Made by a program: the position numbers and the translations under genes. The notes below the pieces were generated by a model. That model was not told the DNA's origin and did not search any database. It saw only the letters and a program-made list of their open reading frames with translations. Shown here in pieces: positions 28,818 through 38,160 of a stretch of DNA of 64,000 bases. The stretch's first letter is position 1, and the number at the start of each line of letters is the position of its first letter. The stretch is taken from NCBI GenBank assembly GCA_937923405.1, contig CALDUY010000020.1, positions 8,777-72,776 of the forward strand, in the 5' to 3' direction. Source of the DNA: an uncultured Gemmataceae bacterium (GTDB lineage: Bacteria; Planctomycetota; Planctomycetia; Gemmatales; Gemmataceae).

Positions 28818-30308
28818 ATGCTCACTCCCGAGGACGCCCACAACCGCGACCTGCTCGCCCAGGTGCATCCGCCAACATGGCGCAACCCCGTAGCCTCGGG
28901 ACGCTACAACCTAGTAGTGATCGGGGCCGGCACAGCGGGGTTGGTTTGTGCCGCCGGTGCCGCCGGTCTGGGGGCCAAAGTGGCGCTGATCGAACGACAC
29001 TTAATGGGGGGAGATTGTCTCAACTTCGGCTGCGTGCCCTCCAAGGCGTTGCTCCGTTGTGCCCGGGCCGCGCACGAAGTTCGCCGAGCCGAGGAATTTG
29101 GCATTCGCGTGGCTGGTTCGATCGAGGTGGACTTCGCGGCCATTATGGAGCGGATGCGTCGGCTGCGCGCCCGCCTGAGCCGGCATGACTCCGCCGAACG
29201 ATTTCGCTCCCTGGGGGTCGATGTGTTTCTGGGCGATGCTCGCTTCACTGGGCCAGATACAGTCGAGGTCGCCGGTCAGACGCTTCGCTTTGCCCGCGCC
29301 GTCATTGCCACCGGAGCGCGACCGGTTACTCTGGACGTGCCTGGCAATCGCTCGGTCGAGTTTCTCACCAACGAAACCATCTTCAGTCTGACTGAACTGC
29401 CGCGCCGCTTAGCCGTACTCGGAGCCGGACCGATCGGCTGCGAGCTGGGGCAAGCCTTCCAGCGGTTCGGTAGTGAGGTGCATCTGATCGAACGCGGGAC
29501 TCGGCTGCTGTTTCGCGACGAACCGCGCGCTTCCGACGTGCTGCAAGGCCAGTTTCAGCGCGAAGGGATTCACTTGCATCTCCAAACCGAAGTGGTCGCT
29601 GCGAACGGCTCGGAATTGACTCTGTCACGAATGGGAACGACGAGTTCGCTTGTTGTCGATGCAGTGCTGGTCGCGTTGGGTCGGCGGCCCAATGTCGAAG
29701 GGTTGGGGCTGGAACAGGCCGGCGTGGCCTACGACTCGCAGGGAGTGACGGTCGATGACTTTCTCCGCACCACGAATCGGCGGATCTATGCGGCGGGAGA
29801 CGTCTGCTCGCAGTTTCAATTCACCCATGCCGCCGACGCGATGGCTCGGATCGTGCTGCGCAATGCTCTGTTTTTTGGCCGGTCGCGACACTCTGCGCTG
29901 GTGATTCCGCACTGCACCTACACCGAGCCGGAGGTTGCCGCGGTCGGACTGACCGTCGCCGAAGCCGAAGCACGTGGCCTTGCAATCAATACATTGGAGA
30001 TCCCGTTAAGCGGGGTTGATCGCGCGGTTCTCGATGGCGACGAAGATGGGTTCGCTCTGGTTCACAGGCGGCGAGACAGCGATCGTCTGGTCGGCGTGAC
30101 GCTGGTTTCGTCCCACGCGGGCGAGTTGATCGGCGAGCTGGTGCTAGCTCAACGGGCCGGTCTAGGGCTGGCAGCGCTTTCGGAGGTCATTCATCCGTAT
30201 CCGACCGTAGCCGACGTGTGGAAGCGGCTTGGCGACGCCTACCAGAAGAGCCGTTTAACGCCGTTTCTCGCTGGCCTGTTTCGCACCCTGCTCCGCTGGC
30301 GACGCTAA
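28818..30308 (+). CDS. FAD-dependent pyridine nucleotide-disulfide oxidoreductase (dihydrolipoyl dehydrogenase / mercuric reductase family)
   Basis: VVIGAGTAGLVCA (FAD GxGxxG), GGDCLNFGCVPSK redox-active disulfide motif, second GxGxxG (VLGAGPIGCELG) and C-terminal dimerisation HPYPT motif. Confidence 0.8.
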   Translation: MLTPEDAHNRDLLAQVHPPTWRNPVASGRYNLVVIGAGTAGLVCAAGAAGLGAKVALIERHLMGGDCLNFGCVPSKALLRCARAAHEVRRAEEFGIRVAGSIEVDFAAIMERMRRLRARLSRHDSAERFRSLGVDVFLGDARFTGPDTVEVAGQTLRFARAVIATGARPVTLDVPGNRSVEFLTNETIFSLTELPRRLAVLGAGPIGCELGQAFQRFGSEVHLIERGTRLLFRDEPRASDVLQGQFQREGIHLHLQTEVVAANGSELTLSRMGTTSSLVVDAVLVALGRRPNVEGLGLEQAGVAYDSQGVTVDDFLRTTNRRIYAAGDVCSQFQFTHAADAMARIVLRNALFFGRSRHSALVIPHCTYTEPEVAAVGLTVAEAEARGLAINTLEIPLSGVDRAVLDGDEDGFALVHRRRDSDRLVGVTLVSSHAGELIGELVLAQRAGLGLAALSEVIHPYPTVADVWKRLGDAYQKSRLTPFLAGLFRTLLRWRR

Positions 30309-30490
30309 CTCAACGGGGAATCCAAGGCGATTTTTGCAAGGAACCGGACAGGTAGACGAATTTCTTATCGAGAAGCGGTTTTCGTTGACACATGCCCGGC
30401 CGCCGCTCACCATGACAGCTGCGGAGGCGCGTCTCGGCACGAGCTGCGAGCTTCCACAAGACTCGGAAACCGCTTCTGAGGGAAAAGCAC

Positions 30491-31129
30491 ATGTCTATAC
30501 TCTTTTTGATCTGTGCCGTCTTTGGTGGCACCTTGCTGTTGTTGCAATTTCTCGCTGGCTTGATCGGCTTTGGCGGAGACGACGGCAGCGACGGCGGCGT
30601 GGATCATCACCTCGACGGCGATGTCGACGGCCACGACCTAGGAGATGGTTCCAGCTCGTCTTCGGGTAGCACGAGCAATTGGCTGTTCAGCGTGCTGTCG
30701 TTCAAGTCGATCATGACCGCCATTACTTTCTTTGGCCTGGGTGGCAAGGCCGCTCTGGCCTACGAATTCGACGAATTGCAGGCGTTCGGCATCGCTTTGG
30801 CGTTTGGCCTCGTGACGTTGTACGCCGTTGGTCTGCTCATGCGCGGACTGTACAGCCTCAAAGCCGATGGCACAATCCGCATCGATCGCACGATCGGCAA
30901 GACAGGCACGGTCTACCTGAAGATCCCAGGTAACCGAAGCGGAGCGGGCAAGGTCACGTTGACCGTGCAGAACCGTTCCGTCGAATATCAGGCAATTACC
31001 GCCAATGCCGACATTCCGACCGGCAGCAAAGTCGTCGTTGTCGCGGTGCATCGTCCAGATACGGTGGAAGTCGCTCTTGCGCCCATGTCCACCGAAACCT
31101 CTTCTGCGGAGAATACCTCTCATGTCTAG
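30491..31129 (+). CDS. NfeD-like membrane protein (partner of flotillin/SPFH proteins)
   Basis: N-terminal TM helices, acidic DG-rich linker and C-terminal OB-fold-like segment. Immediately upstream of, and overlapping, a flotillin gene. Confidence 0.65.
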   Translation: MSILFLICAVFGGTLLLLQFLAGLIGFGGDDGSDGGVDHHLDGDVDGHDLGDGSSSSSGSTSNWLFSVLSFKSIMTAITFFGLGGKAALAYEFDELQAFGIALAFGLVTLYAVGLLMRGLYSLKADGTIRIDRTIGKTGTVYLKIPGNRSGAGKVTLTVQNRSVEYQAITANADIPTGSKVVVVAVHRPDTVEVALAPMSTETSSAENTSHV

Positions 31130-32879
31130 CTTACTTACGCTTCCCCTCGCGGTTCCGCCGCTCTGGGCCAACGATCCGTTCCAGATCAGTAGCGGAGCAG
31201 TCTGGCTGGCGATTATCGCGGTCTTTGGTGCCATTCTGCTGTTCAGCTTCATCACTCTGCTCAGCCGCCAGTACAAGCGTTGCCCCAGCAACAAGGTGCT
31301 GGTGATCTATGGAAAAACCGGAAGCGGCGCGGCCCGCTGCATTCACGGCGGAGCAGCCTTCGTCGTGCCGCTGATCCAGGAGTACGCCTATCTCAGCCTC
31401 GATCCAATTCAGATTGAGACGCCGCTGAAAGGCGCGCTGTCACTGGAAAACATCCGCGTCAACGTCCCCAGCGTGTTCACCGTGGCTGTTGGCACCTCGC
31501 CGGAGATGATGAACAATGCTTCGGTGCGTTTGCTCAATCTAGACCGCGAAGACATCAGCCAACTAGCTCGCGACATCATCTTCGGCCAATTGCGGCAAGT
31601 GATCGCCTCGATGAAGATCGAGGAGATCAACCGGGATCGCGACCAGTTCTTGCACAATATCCAGACCTCGCTGGAACCGGAGTTACGCAAGATCGGTCTG
31701 GAACTGCTCAACGTCAACATCACCGACATCACCGACGATTCTGGCTACATCGAAGCAATCGGTCGCAAAGCGGCCTCGCAGGCGGTACAACAGGCCAAGA
31801 TCGATGTGGCCGAACAGGAGAAGCACGGTCAGATCGGTGTCGCCGAGGCCGAGCGCGAAAAGGCCATCCAGGTGGCCAACGCCAACAAGCTGCGCGAGAT
31901 CGGTACTCGCGAAGCCCAGCGCGAGCAGGCCATCCGCTTGGCTCAGTTGGAAAAAGAGCAGAAGGTCGGCGAACAAACGGCTATCTTCGAGCGTGAAGCC
32001 CAGATCAAGGAGCAGGAGCGGCAACAAGCCATTCGTATCGCCGAGTACGACCGAGATCAGAAGGTCGGTGAACAGTCGGCTCAGTACGAACGCGAAGCGC
32101 GGATCAAGGAAGCCGAGCGAGACAAGCGCATCCGAACCGCCGAGGCCAATGCCAAGGCCATCGCTGGAGAAGCGGTGGCTCAGGCCGAGATTGCTTCCGC
32201 CCAGGCGACCTTGCAGGTCAAACAGGCCGAGGCGTTCCAGCTCGGTGAGACGAAGAAACGCGAAGCCGAGGCTGCCGTTCTCGAAGCTCAGAACCGAGCG
32301 ATGGCCAAGGCTGCTCTAGCCGAGGCAGAACGAGTCGAAGCTGAACGCCGTGCCGCTCTTGAAGCGCCAGCCAAGGCGGAAAAGGCCCGCACCATCGTCG
32401 AAGCCGAGGCCGAAGCCGAGAAACGCCGCATCGAAGCCGAAGCCGAGGCCAAGGCGATGTTCGTCAAACTCGACGCCGAAGCTCGTGGCCAATACGAGAT
32501 ACTGGCCAAGAAGGGCGAAGGGTTGAAGAAGATCATCGAGGCGTGCGGCGGGGCCCAGCAGGCGTTTCAGCTGCTCATGCTCGAACACCTGGACCATCTC
32601 GCCGAGGCGTCGGCACGTGCCATCTCCAACATCAAGTTCGACAAGGTCGTGGTTTGGGAGAATGGCAGCAACGGTCACGGTAGCAACAACACGTCGCAAT
32701 TTTTGCAGAATCTGGCCCGAACCATGCCGCCGATGATGCAGGTGATGAAGGACATTGGTGGAGTCGAGATTCCGGAGTATCTGGCTCGATTAACTCCGGA
32801 TTCGACGCCCAAGCCCAACGGCGGACCTGCCAAGGCGACGGAAATGCCGGCCAAGGATGCCGCATCGGAAGCATCGTAG
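31122..32879 (+). CDS. Flotillin family (SPFH/band-7) protein with EA-rich coiled-coil repeats
   Basis: N-terminal TM, SPFH domain, then tandem ~29-aa repeats (QKVGEQ[TS]A.[FY]EREA.IKE.ER...IR.AE). ATG at 31122 overlaps the nfeD stop (ATGTCTAG). Confidence 0.8.
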   Translation: MSSLLTLPLAVPPLWANDPFQISSGAVWLAIIAVFGAILLFSFITLLSRQYKRCPSNKVLVIYGKTGSGAARCIHGGAAFVVPLIQEYAYLSLDPIQIETPLKGALSLENIRVNVPSVFTVAVGTSPEMMNNASVRLLNLDREDISQLARDIIFGQLRQVIASMKIEEINRDRDQFLHNIQTSLEPELRKIGLELLNVNITDITDDSGYIEAIGRKAASQAVQQAKIDVAEQEKHGQIGVAEAEREKAIQVANANKLREIGTREAQREQAIRLAQLEKEQKVGEQTAIFEREAQIKEQERQQAIRIAEYDRDQKVGEQSAQYEREARIKEAERDKRIRTAEANAKAIAGEAVAQAEIASAQATLQVKQAEAFQLGETKKREAEAAVLEAQNRAMAKAALAEAERVEAERRAALEAPAKAEKARTIVEAEAEAEKRRIEAEAEAKAMFVKLDAEARGQYEILAKKGEGLKKIIEACGGAQQAFQLLMLEHLDHLAEASARAISNIKFDKVVVWENGSNGHGSNNTSQFLQNLARTMPPMMQVMKDIGGVEIPEYLARLTPDSTPKPNGGPAKATEMPAKDAASEAS

Positions 32880-33151
32880 TTTTTCCCCCTTCGACAGGAA
32901 GCGAGCCGACAGCGCTGTCGCGGTCGCTTTTGGCCCAAGGGTATGTGCAGCGACGAAGGAATAAAGCTGCGTTCGCGTTCGGCGGCTTCACGCACGTCGA
33001 GCCGAGGCGAACGGCGAGGCGTAGGCCAACTCCAGTTCGGCCAAGTCAGGCACGGTCGCCCCATGATGCAGAGCGGTGGCCAGCACGTCGATGCGGTTGT
33101 CCACGCCGGCCTCACCAACTGCTTGGGGCACAAGCACAGAGTTGCTCTGCC

Positions 33152-33817
33152 TTAAAACAGTGTTCCCGACACCAGGACCGGTTCAACGCAAGCCGGTCCT
33201 TCGTGGCACGCATGGTTCACATAGCTACTCACCGCCTGACTGCGGAACTGCTCCGCCGGGTACGGTCGCAGCATGTCGAGGACCGCGTCGAGATCAGTCG
33301 AGGGACTCAGCCACTGCGCCCAGCGCTCGGCGGGGAGGATCACCGGCATGCGATCATGAATCGGTTGCACCACGGCGTTTGCCTCAGTGGTGATCAGGCA
33401 GACGGACTCAATGCGCTCGCCGGCATGTTCCCACACCTCCCAGAGGCCGGCTATTGCGAACAGTCGGCTCGACGCGATCGTGAATAGGTACGGTTGCTTC
33501 TTGCGTCCGAGCTGCTGCCATTCGTAGAAACCATCAGCAGGCACCAGACAGCGGCGCTGACGGATCGCCGAACGAAACGTCGGTTTGCTGGCGATGGTGT
33601 CGGCGCGGGCGTTGACCAATGGAGCAGCGGTAGTGCCTCGATCGGCCCACGAGGCAATCAACCCCCAACGCAGCAGACTCGCCGAATCTCCCCGGATGAC
33701 GAGGATCGACTGCGTCGGCGCGAGGTTGAAGCGCGGCTGCCAGTCCGGAACCTCGTCCAGCTCGAACGCCTCGGCGATTTCTCTGCCAGAAGCGCGTAGG
33801 GTGAACCGTCCACACAT
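33152..33817 (-). CDS. SOS-response-associated peptidase (SRAP/YedK, abasic-site processing protein)
   Basis: MCGRFTL N-terminus (catalytic Cys2) at the internal Met of the track ORF. Conserved GLWE.W and ITT.AN motifs. Confidence 0.8.
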   Translation of the reverse strand: MCGRFTLRASGREIAEAFELDEVPDWQPRFNLAPTQSILVIRGDSASLLRWGLIASWADRGTTAAPLVNARADTIASKPTFRSAIRQRRCLVPADGFYEWQQLGRKKQPYLFTIASSRLFAIAGLWEVWEHAGERIESVCLITTEANAVVQPIHDRMPVILPAERWAQWLSPSTDLDAVLDMLRPYPAEQFRSQAVSSYVNHACHEGPACVEPVLVSGTLF

Positions 33818-33894
33818 GGCCACCTCGGGGCTGAATGGGCACATTTCTGCTCATCGGCAGCGCCGTCCGGCCAACTCCAGGGAACCGAGAAGGA

Positions 33895-35436
33895 TTACTC
33901 GTATTGTCGCGCCGGATTCGTAACCAGCGGAGTTGGTCGCGACAGACGAACCACCGGAAAATCCTCGCCCGTTTTCAGAGCCGCATCGAAGAAGTTCCAC
34001 GTCGTCAACCCGTCCAGTGACTGCGGTTCGAGCAGAAAGCCGACCAGTCGGCACAACGGTTGATCGCTGCGAACGACCATCGCTCCCGAACGGAGCCGTC
34101 GCCGCTCTGTGCGAACATCGACTTCGAGCGTAACAGGGCGATGCTTCTGAAAGTCACGGTCGCGCTGCATCGAGCGAACGCGATAGACCTCTAGATTCAG
34201 GTCGACATCCTCACGCAATTCCTCGACGGTGACTCCGTGGCGTTGAAGCGTTTCCGTCACGGTTCGCAACGAGGCGGGATAGAGATAGGCATAGGGTCGA
34301 GTGACCTCCAGGGTCGATTTGGTGCCGCCAGTGTAGATCACCTCGTAGCTTTTCGGTTTGCCTGTATTAACTCTTTTTCCATCTTTTATCTCTTCAATAT
34401 AGCCGAGCAGTTCGTGAGGTCGTCCCTGCGGAGCCTCGTCGTAGCGGAGAACGTAGCGGTCTGGTCTGCTGGTCGTGGCGATCTGGATCAACCGACGGAT
34501 CTTGTCCTGCTCCAGGGCGGCGAAGTCGAGGATGTTGCGAACGAAGGCTCGCGTAGCTAGGATGCGATCTTTGTACGTCGCGTAAACGTAAGATTCGGAC
34601 AGCACGGCGACCCGACCGCGCAAGCCGACGTAGTGCGTACCGAAGCGCGGCGTCGGCAGGACCGTTTGCCATTCCTTGCGATCGCGTGTGAAGTTGCCGT
34701 AGAAGTACGACTTGTAGCCGGTCTGCTGCTCCATTCGACGATTGACTTCCGGCAACAATTCGTCGCGCGTGAAGGTGATCAAGCCTGGATCGCCTGCCGG
34801 GCAACGGCCCCCCTCGTAGGTGAGCGTGTAGCGATGCCACGAACCGTTCGTCGTGTGGCAATCGATGACGATTGCGGGATCCCACTCGCGGAAGAAGCGA
34901 ACCAGGGCACGCACCTCGGGACTTTCCAGCTTGATGAAGTCGCGGTTCAGGTCGAAGCCTTGAGCGTTGGTGCGCAGGCCGACCCCCTCGTCCGGACCCG
35001 TCTGATGAGCGCGGTTCCGCTTGTCGATCTTCTCGTTGCCATCGGCATTGAAGATCGGACAAATCATAAAGACGATCTGTTTTAGCAGTGATGTGTCGTC
35101 GCTCAGGGCCAGGTCGCGCGCTAGCATCAACAGCGCCTCTTTGCCGTCCACCTCGCCGGCGTGGATGTTGCCCATCGCGAAGACGACGAGTTTCTTGCTT
35201 TTGGCGGCCTCGGCGGCATTGGCTATGGGTGGATCTGCCAGAATCACGAGCGGCAGCTTACGGCCCTCGTGGCTGGTGCCCAGCTCGCTCAGCCGAACCA
35301 ACTTCGACTGATTGGTCAACTCCTTGCAGAATCGAACCACGTCAGCGTAGCGTGAGGTCGCCTTGAAGTCGCTCGACTCAGCCACGGTCACTGGTGGAGC
35401 CGCGGGCAACAACAACAGCGGAAGCAGATGCAGCAC
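33895..35436 (-). CDS. Secreted M14-family zinc carboxypeptidase
   Basis: Signal peptide. GNIHAGEVDGKE (HxxE zinc site), NADGNE and GFDLNRDF motifs. Confidence 0.75.
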   Translation of the reverse strand: MLHLLPLLLLPAAPPVTVAESSDFKATSRYADVVRFCKELTNQSKLVRLSELGTSHEGRKLPLVILADPPIANAAEAAKSKKLVVFAMGNIHAGEVDGKEALLMLARDLALSDDTSLLKQIVFMICPIFNADGNEKIDKRNRAHQTGPDEGVGLRTNAQGFDLNRDFIKLESPEVRALVRFFREWDPAIVIDCHTTNGSWHRYTLTYEGGRCPAGDPGLITFTRDELLPEVNRRMEQQTGYKSYFYGNFTRDRKEWQTVLPTPRFGTHYVGLRGRVAVLSESYVYATYKDRILATRAFVRNILDFAALEQDKIRRLIQIATTSRPDRYVLRYDEAPQGRPHELLGYIEEIKDGKRVNTGKPKSYEVIYTGGTKSTLEVTRPYAYLYPASLRTVTETLQRHGVTVEELREDVDLNLEVYRVRSMQRDRDFQKHRPVTLEVDVRTERRRLRSGAMVVRSDQPLCRLVGFLLEPQSLDGLTTWNFFDAALKTGEDFPVVRLSRPTPLVTNPARQYE

Positions 35437-35484
35437 GATTGATTCTCCCCAACTTGGACGAGGCGGAATGAGGTTCGGGTTATG

Positions 35485-35850
35485 TTAGAGCGCGCGGTCG
35501 GCGTAACCAGTTTCGCCATCCGTTCGCGGTCCGACGTCGAGCTGCTCGAACAGCACCAGATCGTAGCCATCCGGGTCGCGGAAGCGGAGTCGGCGATAGC
35601 CTTCGGCGCTAACCTTCTCGTCGCTGGAGAGATGCCGATAGGGGGCGAGTTGTTCGACTTGCCAGGCGAGCAAGACGCCGCCTGGTGTCGGCGAGCCACG
35701 CTTCAGAGCCAGACGAACGTCCCCGGCGGCGAGTAAGGCGAACTCGTGGACGTCATCGCGGAGCAGCAGCTGCAGCTTCAGCACGTCACGATACCAAGCC
35801 AGGGAGGCCGGCCAATCGTTCACGCGCAGTTCGACGAAGTGCAGCTTCAC
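35485..35850 (-). CDS. VOC/glyoxalase-bleomycin resistance family protein (GTG start)
   Basis: VKLHFVELRVNDWPASLAWYRDVLKL...GYDLVLFEQ. GTG start overlaps the stop of the upstream ABC-2/CPBP gene (GTGA). Confidence 0.55.
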   Translation of the reverse strand: MKLHFVELRVNDWPASLAWYRDVLKLQLLLRDDVHEFALLAAGDVRLALKRGSPTPGGVLLAWQVEQLAPYRHLSSDEKVSAEGYRRLRFRDPDGYDLVLFEQLDVGPRTDGETGYADRAL

Positions 35851-38141
35851 GTCGAGGCCTCCTGCTGTTGATGGCGGCCCAGCCACCAGAGAACCGCCAA
35901 CCCCAAAGCGGCCAGCGTCGTGCAAATCAGCGACAGCAGTACCCGTCCCAGCACCAAGCCTGGCAGGCCATCCACTGCCACGCTCAGCGGCGCGGTCTGT
36001 CCGAACAGGTCCGGCAAAACAATCAAAAGAGAGTTGTAAACGAGGTGAAAGAGCATCGCCGGCCACACGCTGCCCGTGCGGACGACGAGCAACCCCAGAA
36101 CCACCCCGAAGAGAAAGTGAGGCACAAACTGGAAGACATTCATCTGATAGACAGCGAAGAGAAAGGCGCTGAGCAGGATGGCTCGCCAAGGGCGGAAGCC
36201 GCGCAGCAACCCTTGCAGAATGAAGCCGCGAAAGGCCAGCTCCTCACACAGGGCCGGCAACACGCCCAGCACGAATAGGTAGTGCCAACGGGAACGGCCG
36301 CCGTTCAGGGCCAGCAACTCGCGCGTGAGCGGGTGATTGAGTTCAAGCAAGGTTTTCAAGCCAGGGAACTGATTCAGGATCAACAGGGTCAGTTCGGCCA
36401 GAGGCGGCAACAACAGCAGAGCAAGCAAGACGGCAAGCGGCCAAGCCCACCACGGTGGCAGTCGCAGACTCAACCCCTGCCAAGGCTTGGTGGTCAACAG
36501 CAAGGCCATGAACAACGGCGGCGTGGCGACGAAGGCCAACTGGCCGATTCCCGTTCGTGTCAGCAACGACAACTGCTGGCCGATGCCGAACGAGAACCAG
36601 CGCAGCCCCAGAATCAGCGCGAAGCAGAAGAATGCCTCACCCGGTGAAGGAAGCGTTTCCTTCTCGCGCAGCAGGCGTTTCAGCCACAGCCCCAGATCGA
36701 GGCGCTCCGCTTCACGGAATAGCACCTCTTCGCGGTTGAACTGCTCGATGGCCCAGCGGAGTGCCAGCCAACTGTAGATCACCATCGGGGCCAGTACAGG
36801 AAGAAAGTAAAACCACAGGCTGCGATCGCCGGCCTCCGCCGCCACCAACCGTTGCAGCAGCAGGGCCACGCCTGTCACGGGCACCATGCTGTAGAAGGGA
36901 TTCAGTTCAACGCCAGGTGCCAAGGTCAAAAAGATCAACGGCATGGTGACGAGGAAGAGTGGCATCAGGTAGTACTGCCCCTCCTTGGAGCTGCGAGCGT
37001 AGGCTCCGACGGCGAGACAGACAGCACTGAAGAAAGCGGACAACGGTAAGAGCAGCAACATCGCCCAGAGTAGCGCGCTGGACCGCATGGTCGCCCCCTG
37101 ACCCGCGCCCACCTGGGCCGTGGTCAACGCCATGCTCAACAGATTCAACAACGCCGTCGCCGCGCTGAATAGCCAGATAGTCAGAAACTTGCCCCAGACG
37201 ATTTCCTCGCGACTGGCAGGGCTAATCAGCAGTGTCTCCATCGTGCCACGCTCTTTCTCGCCGGCGCAGAGATCGACCGCTGGATATAGCGCTCCGGCCA
37301 GCGACCACATGACCAGCACAAACGGAAAGACACGCACCAGGATGCCGAACAGACTCTCCGCCTGCTGACGAGCCGCCGGTTTTTCTCGCTGAGGATCGAT
37401 GATCTGGATCGGTTGATCGAAGTTGGCCGGAAGCCCCATTCGCACCAGCCGCGTCTCTTTCAGATCGTTGCGCCACCGGGACAGCAGGTTCGTCAGCCGA
37501 CCGTGAACCAGTCGAGAAGTGTCGTCGCGTGGTCGAGTCATCAAGGTGATCGGCGGTTGTAATCCTCGACGTAGCCGATCTTGAAACTCCGCTGGAATGA
37601 TCAGCAACACATCTACGCGTCGCTCGTTCAGCTCGCGCAGAAACGGAGCTGCTAGTTCATCGGGATCGTCGCTGTCGGGAACCGGTCCCGGCAGATAGCG
37701 AATCTGCAGCGTACCCAGCATCGCGGTACTGTCAGTGTAGCGCGGAGCAAAGACTAGCCGTTCGCCCTGTAGTTCGACCAGTGGCGGAAAGTCGAGTCGT
37801 TCGCTGGCCAGGCGGAACGCTGCCACGGTGGCCAGTCGCTCGACGGCGGCGAGCGGCCCTCCGAATGGCGTAGGGGTAGCGGCCAGATAGTGAATCGCGG
37901 CGGCAGCAGAGGTCTCCGACTCCTGCAAGGTCCAGGGCAAGAGATGCTCGGCCCCGGCCAGCCCAACTACGCTTTTCTGCTGGAGAAACCCCATCGCCAG
38001 CTGCATCACGCCGATGCCGGCGATGGGATACAGCAGGATTGGCAAAATGGCGATCATGAACACCGTGCGCCGATCGCGCAGCTGATCGCGGAGTTCCCGA
38101 AGCCAGATCAGCCGAACGATCGACCAACGCATGCCAACCAC
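35847..38141 (-). CDS. ABC-2 family transporter permease fused to a C-terminal CPBP (CAAX) intramembrane metalloprotease domain
   Basis: N-terminal LRELRDQLRDRRT ABC-2/NatB-like start with periplasmic loop and TM bundle. C-terminal CEELAFRGF (EExxxR), FAVYQ and HLVYN motifs of CPBP proteases. Confidence 0.6.
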   Translation of the reverse strand: MVGMRWSIVRLIWLRELRDQLRDRRTVFMIAILPILLYPIAGIGVMQLAMGFLQQKSVVGLAGAEHLLPWTLQESETSAAAAIHYLAATPTPFGGPLAAVERLATVAAFRLASERLDFPPLVELQGERLVFAPRYTDSTAMLGTLQIRYLPGPVPDSDDPDELAAPFLRELNERRVDVLLIIPAEFQDRLRRGLQPPITLMTRPRDDTSRLVHGRLTNLLSRWRNDLKETRLVRMGLPANFDQPIQIIDPQREKPAARQQAESLFGILVRVFPFVLVMWSLAGALYPAVDLCAGEKERGTMETLLISPASREEIVWGKFLTIWLFSAATALLNLLSMALTTAQVGAGQGATMRSSALLWAMLLLLPLSAFFSAVCLAVGAYARSSKEGQYYLMPLFLVTMPLIFLTLAPGVELNPFYSMVPVTGVALLLQRLVAAEAGDRSLWFYFLPVLAPMVIYSWLALRWAIEQFNREEVLFREAERLDLGLWLKRLLREKETLPSPGEAFFCFALILGLRWFSFGIGQQLSLLTRTGIGQLAFVATPPLFMALLLTTKPWQGLSLRLPPWWAWPLAVLLALLLLPPLAELTLLILNQFPGLKTLLELNHPLTRELLALNGGRSRWHYLFVLGVLPALCEELAFRGFILQGLLRGFRPWRAILLSAFLFAVYQMNVFQFVPHFLFGVVLGLLVVRTGSVWPAMLFHLVYNSLLIVLPDLFGQTAPLSVAVDGLPGLVLGRVLLSLICTTLAALGLAVLWWLGRHQQQEAST

Positions 38142-38160
38142 CGAGCCGGGCCAGACAGAA

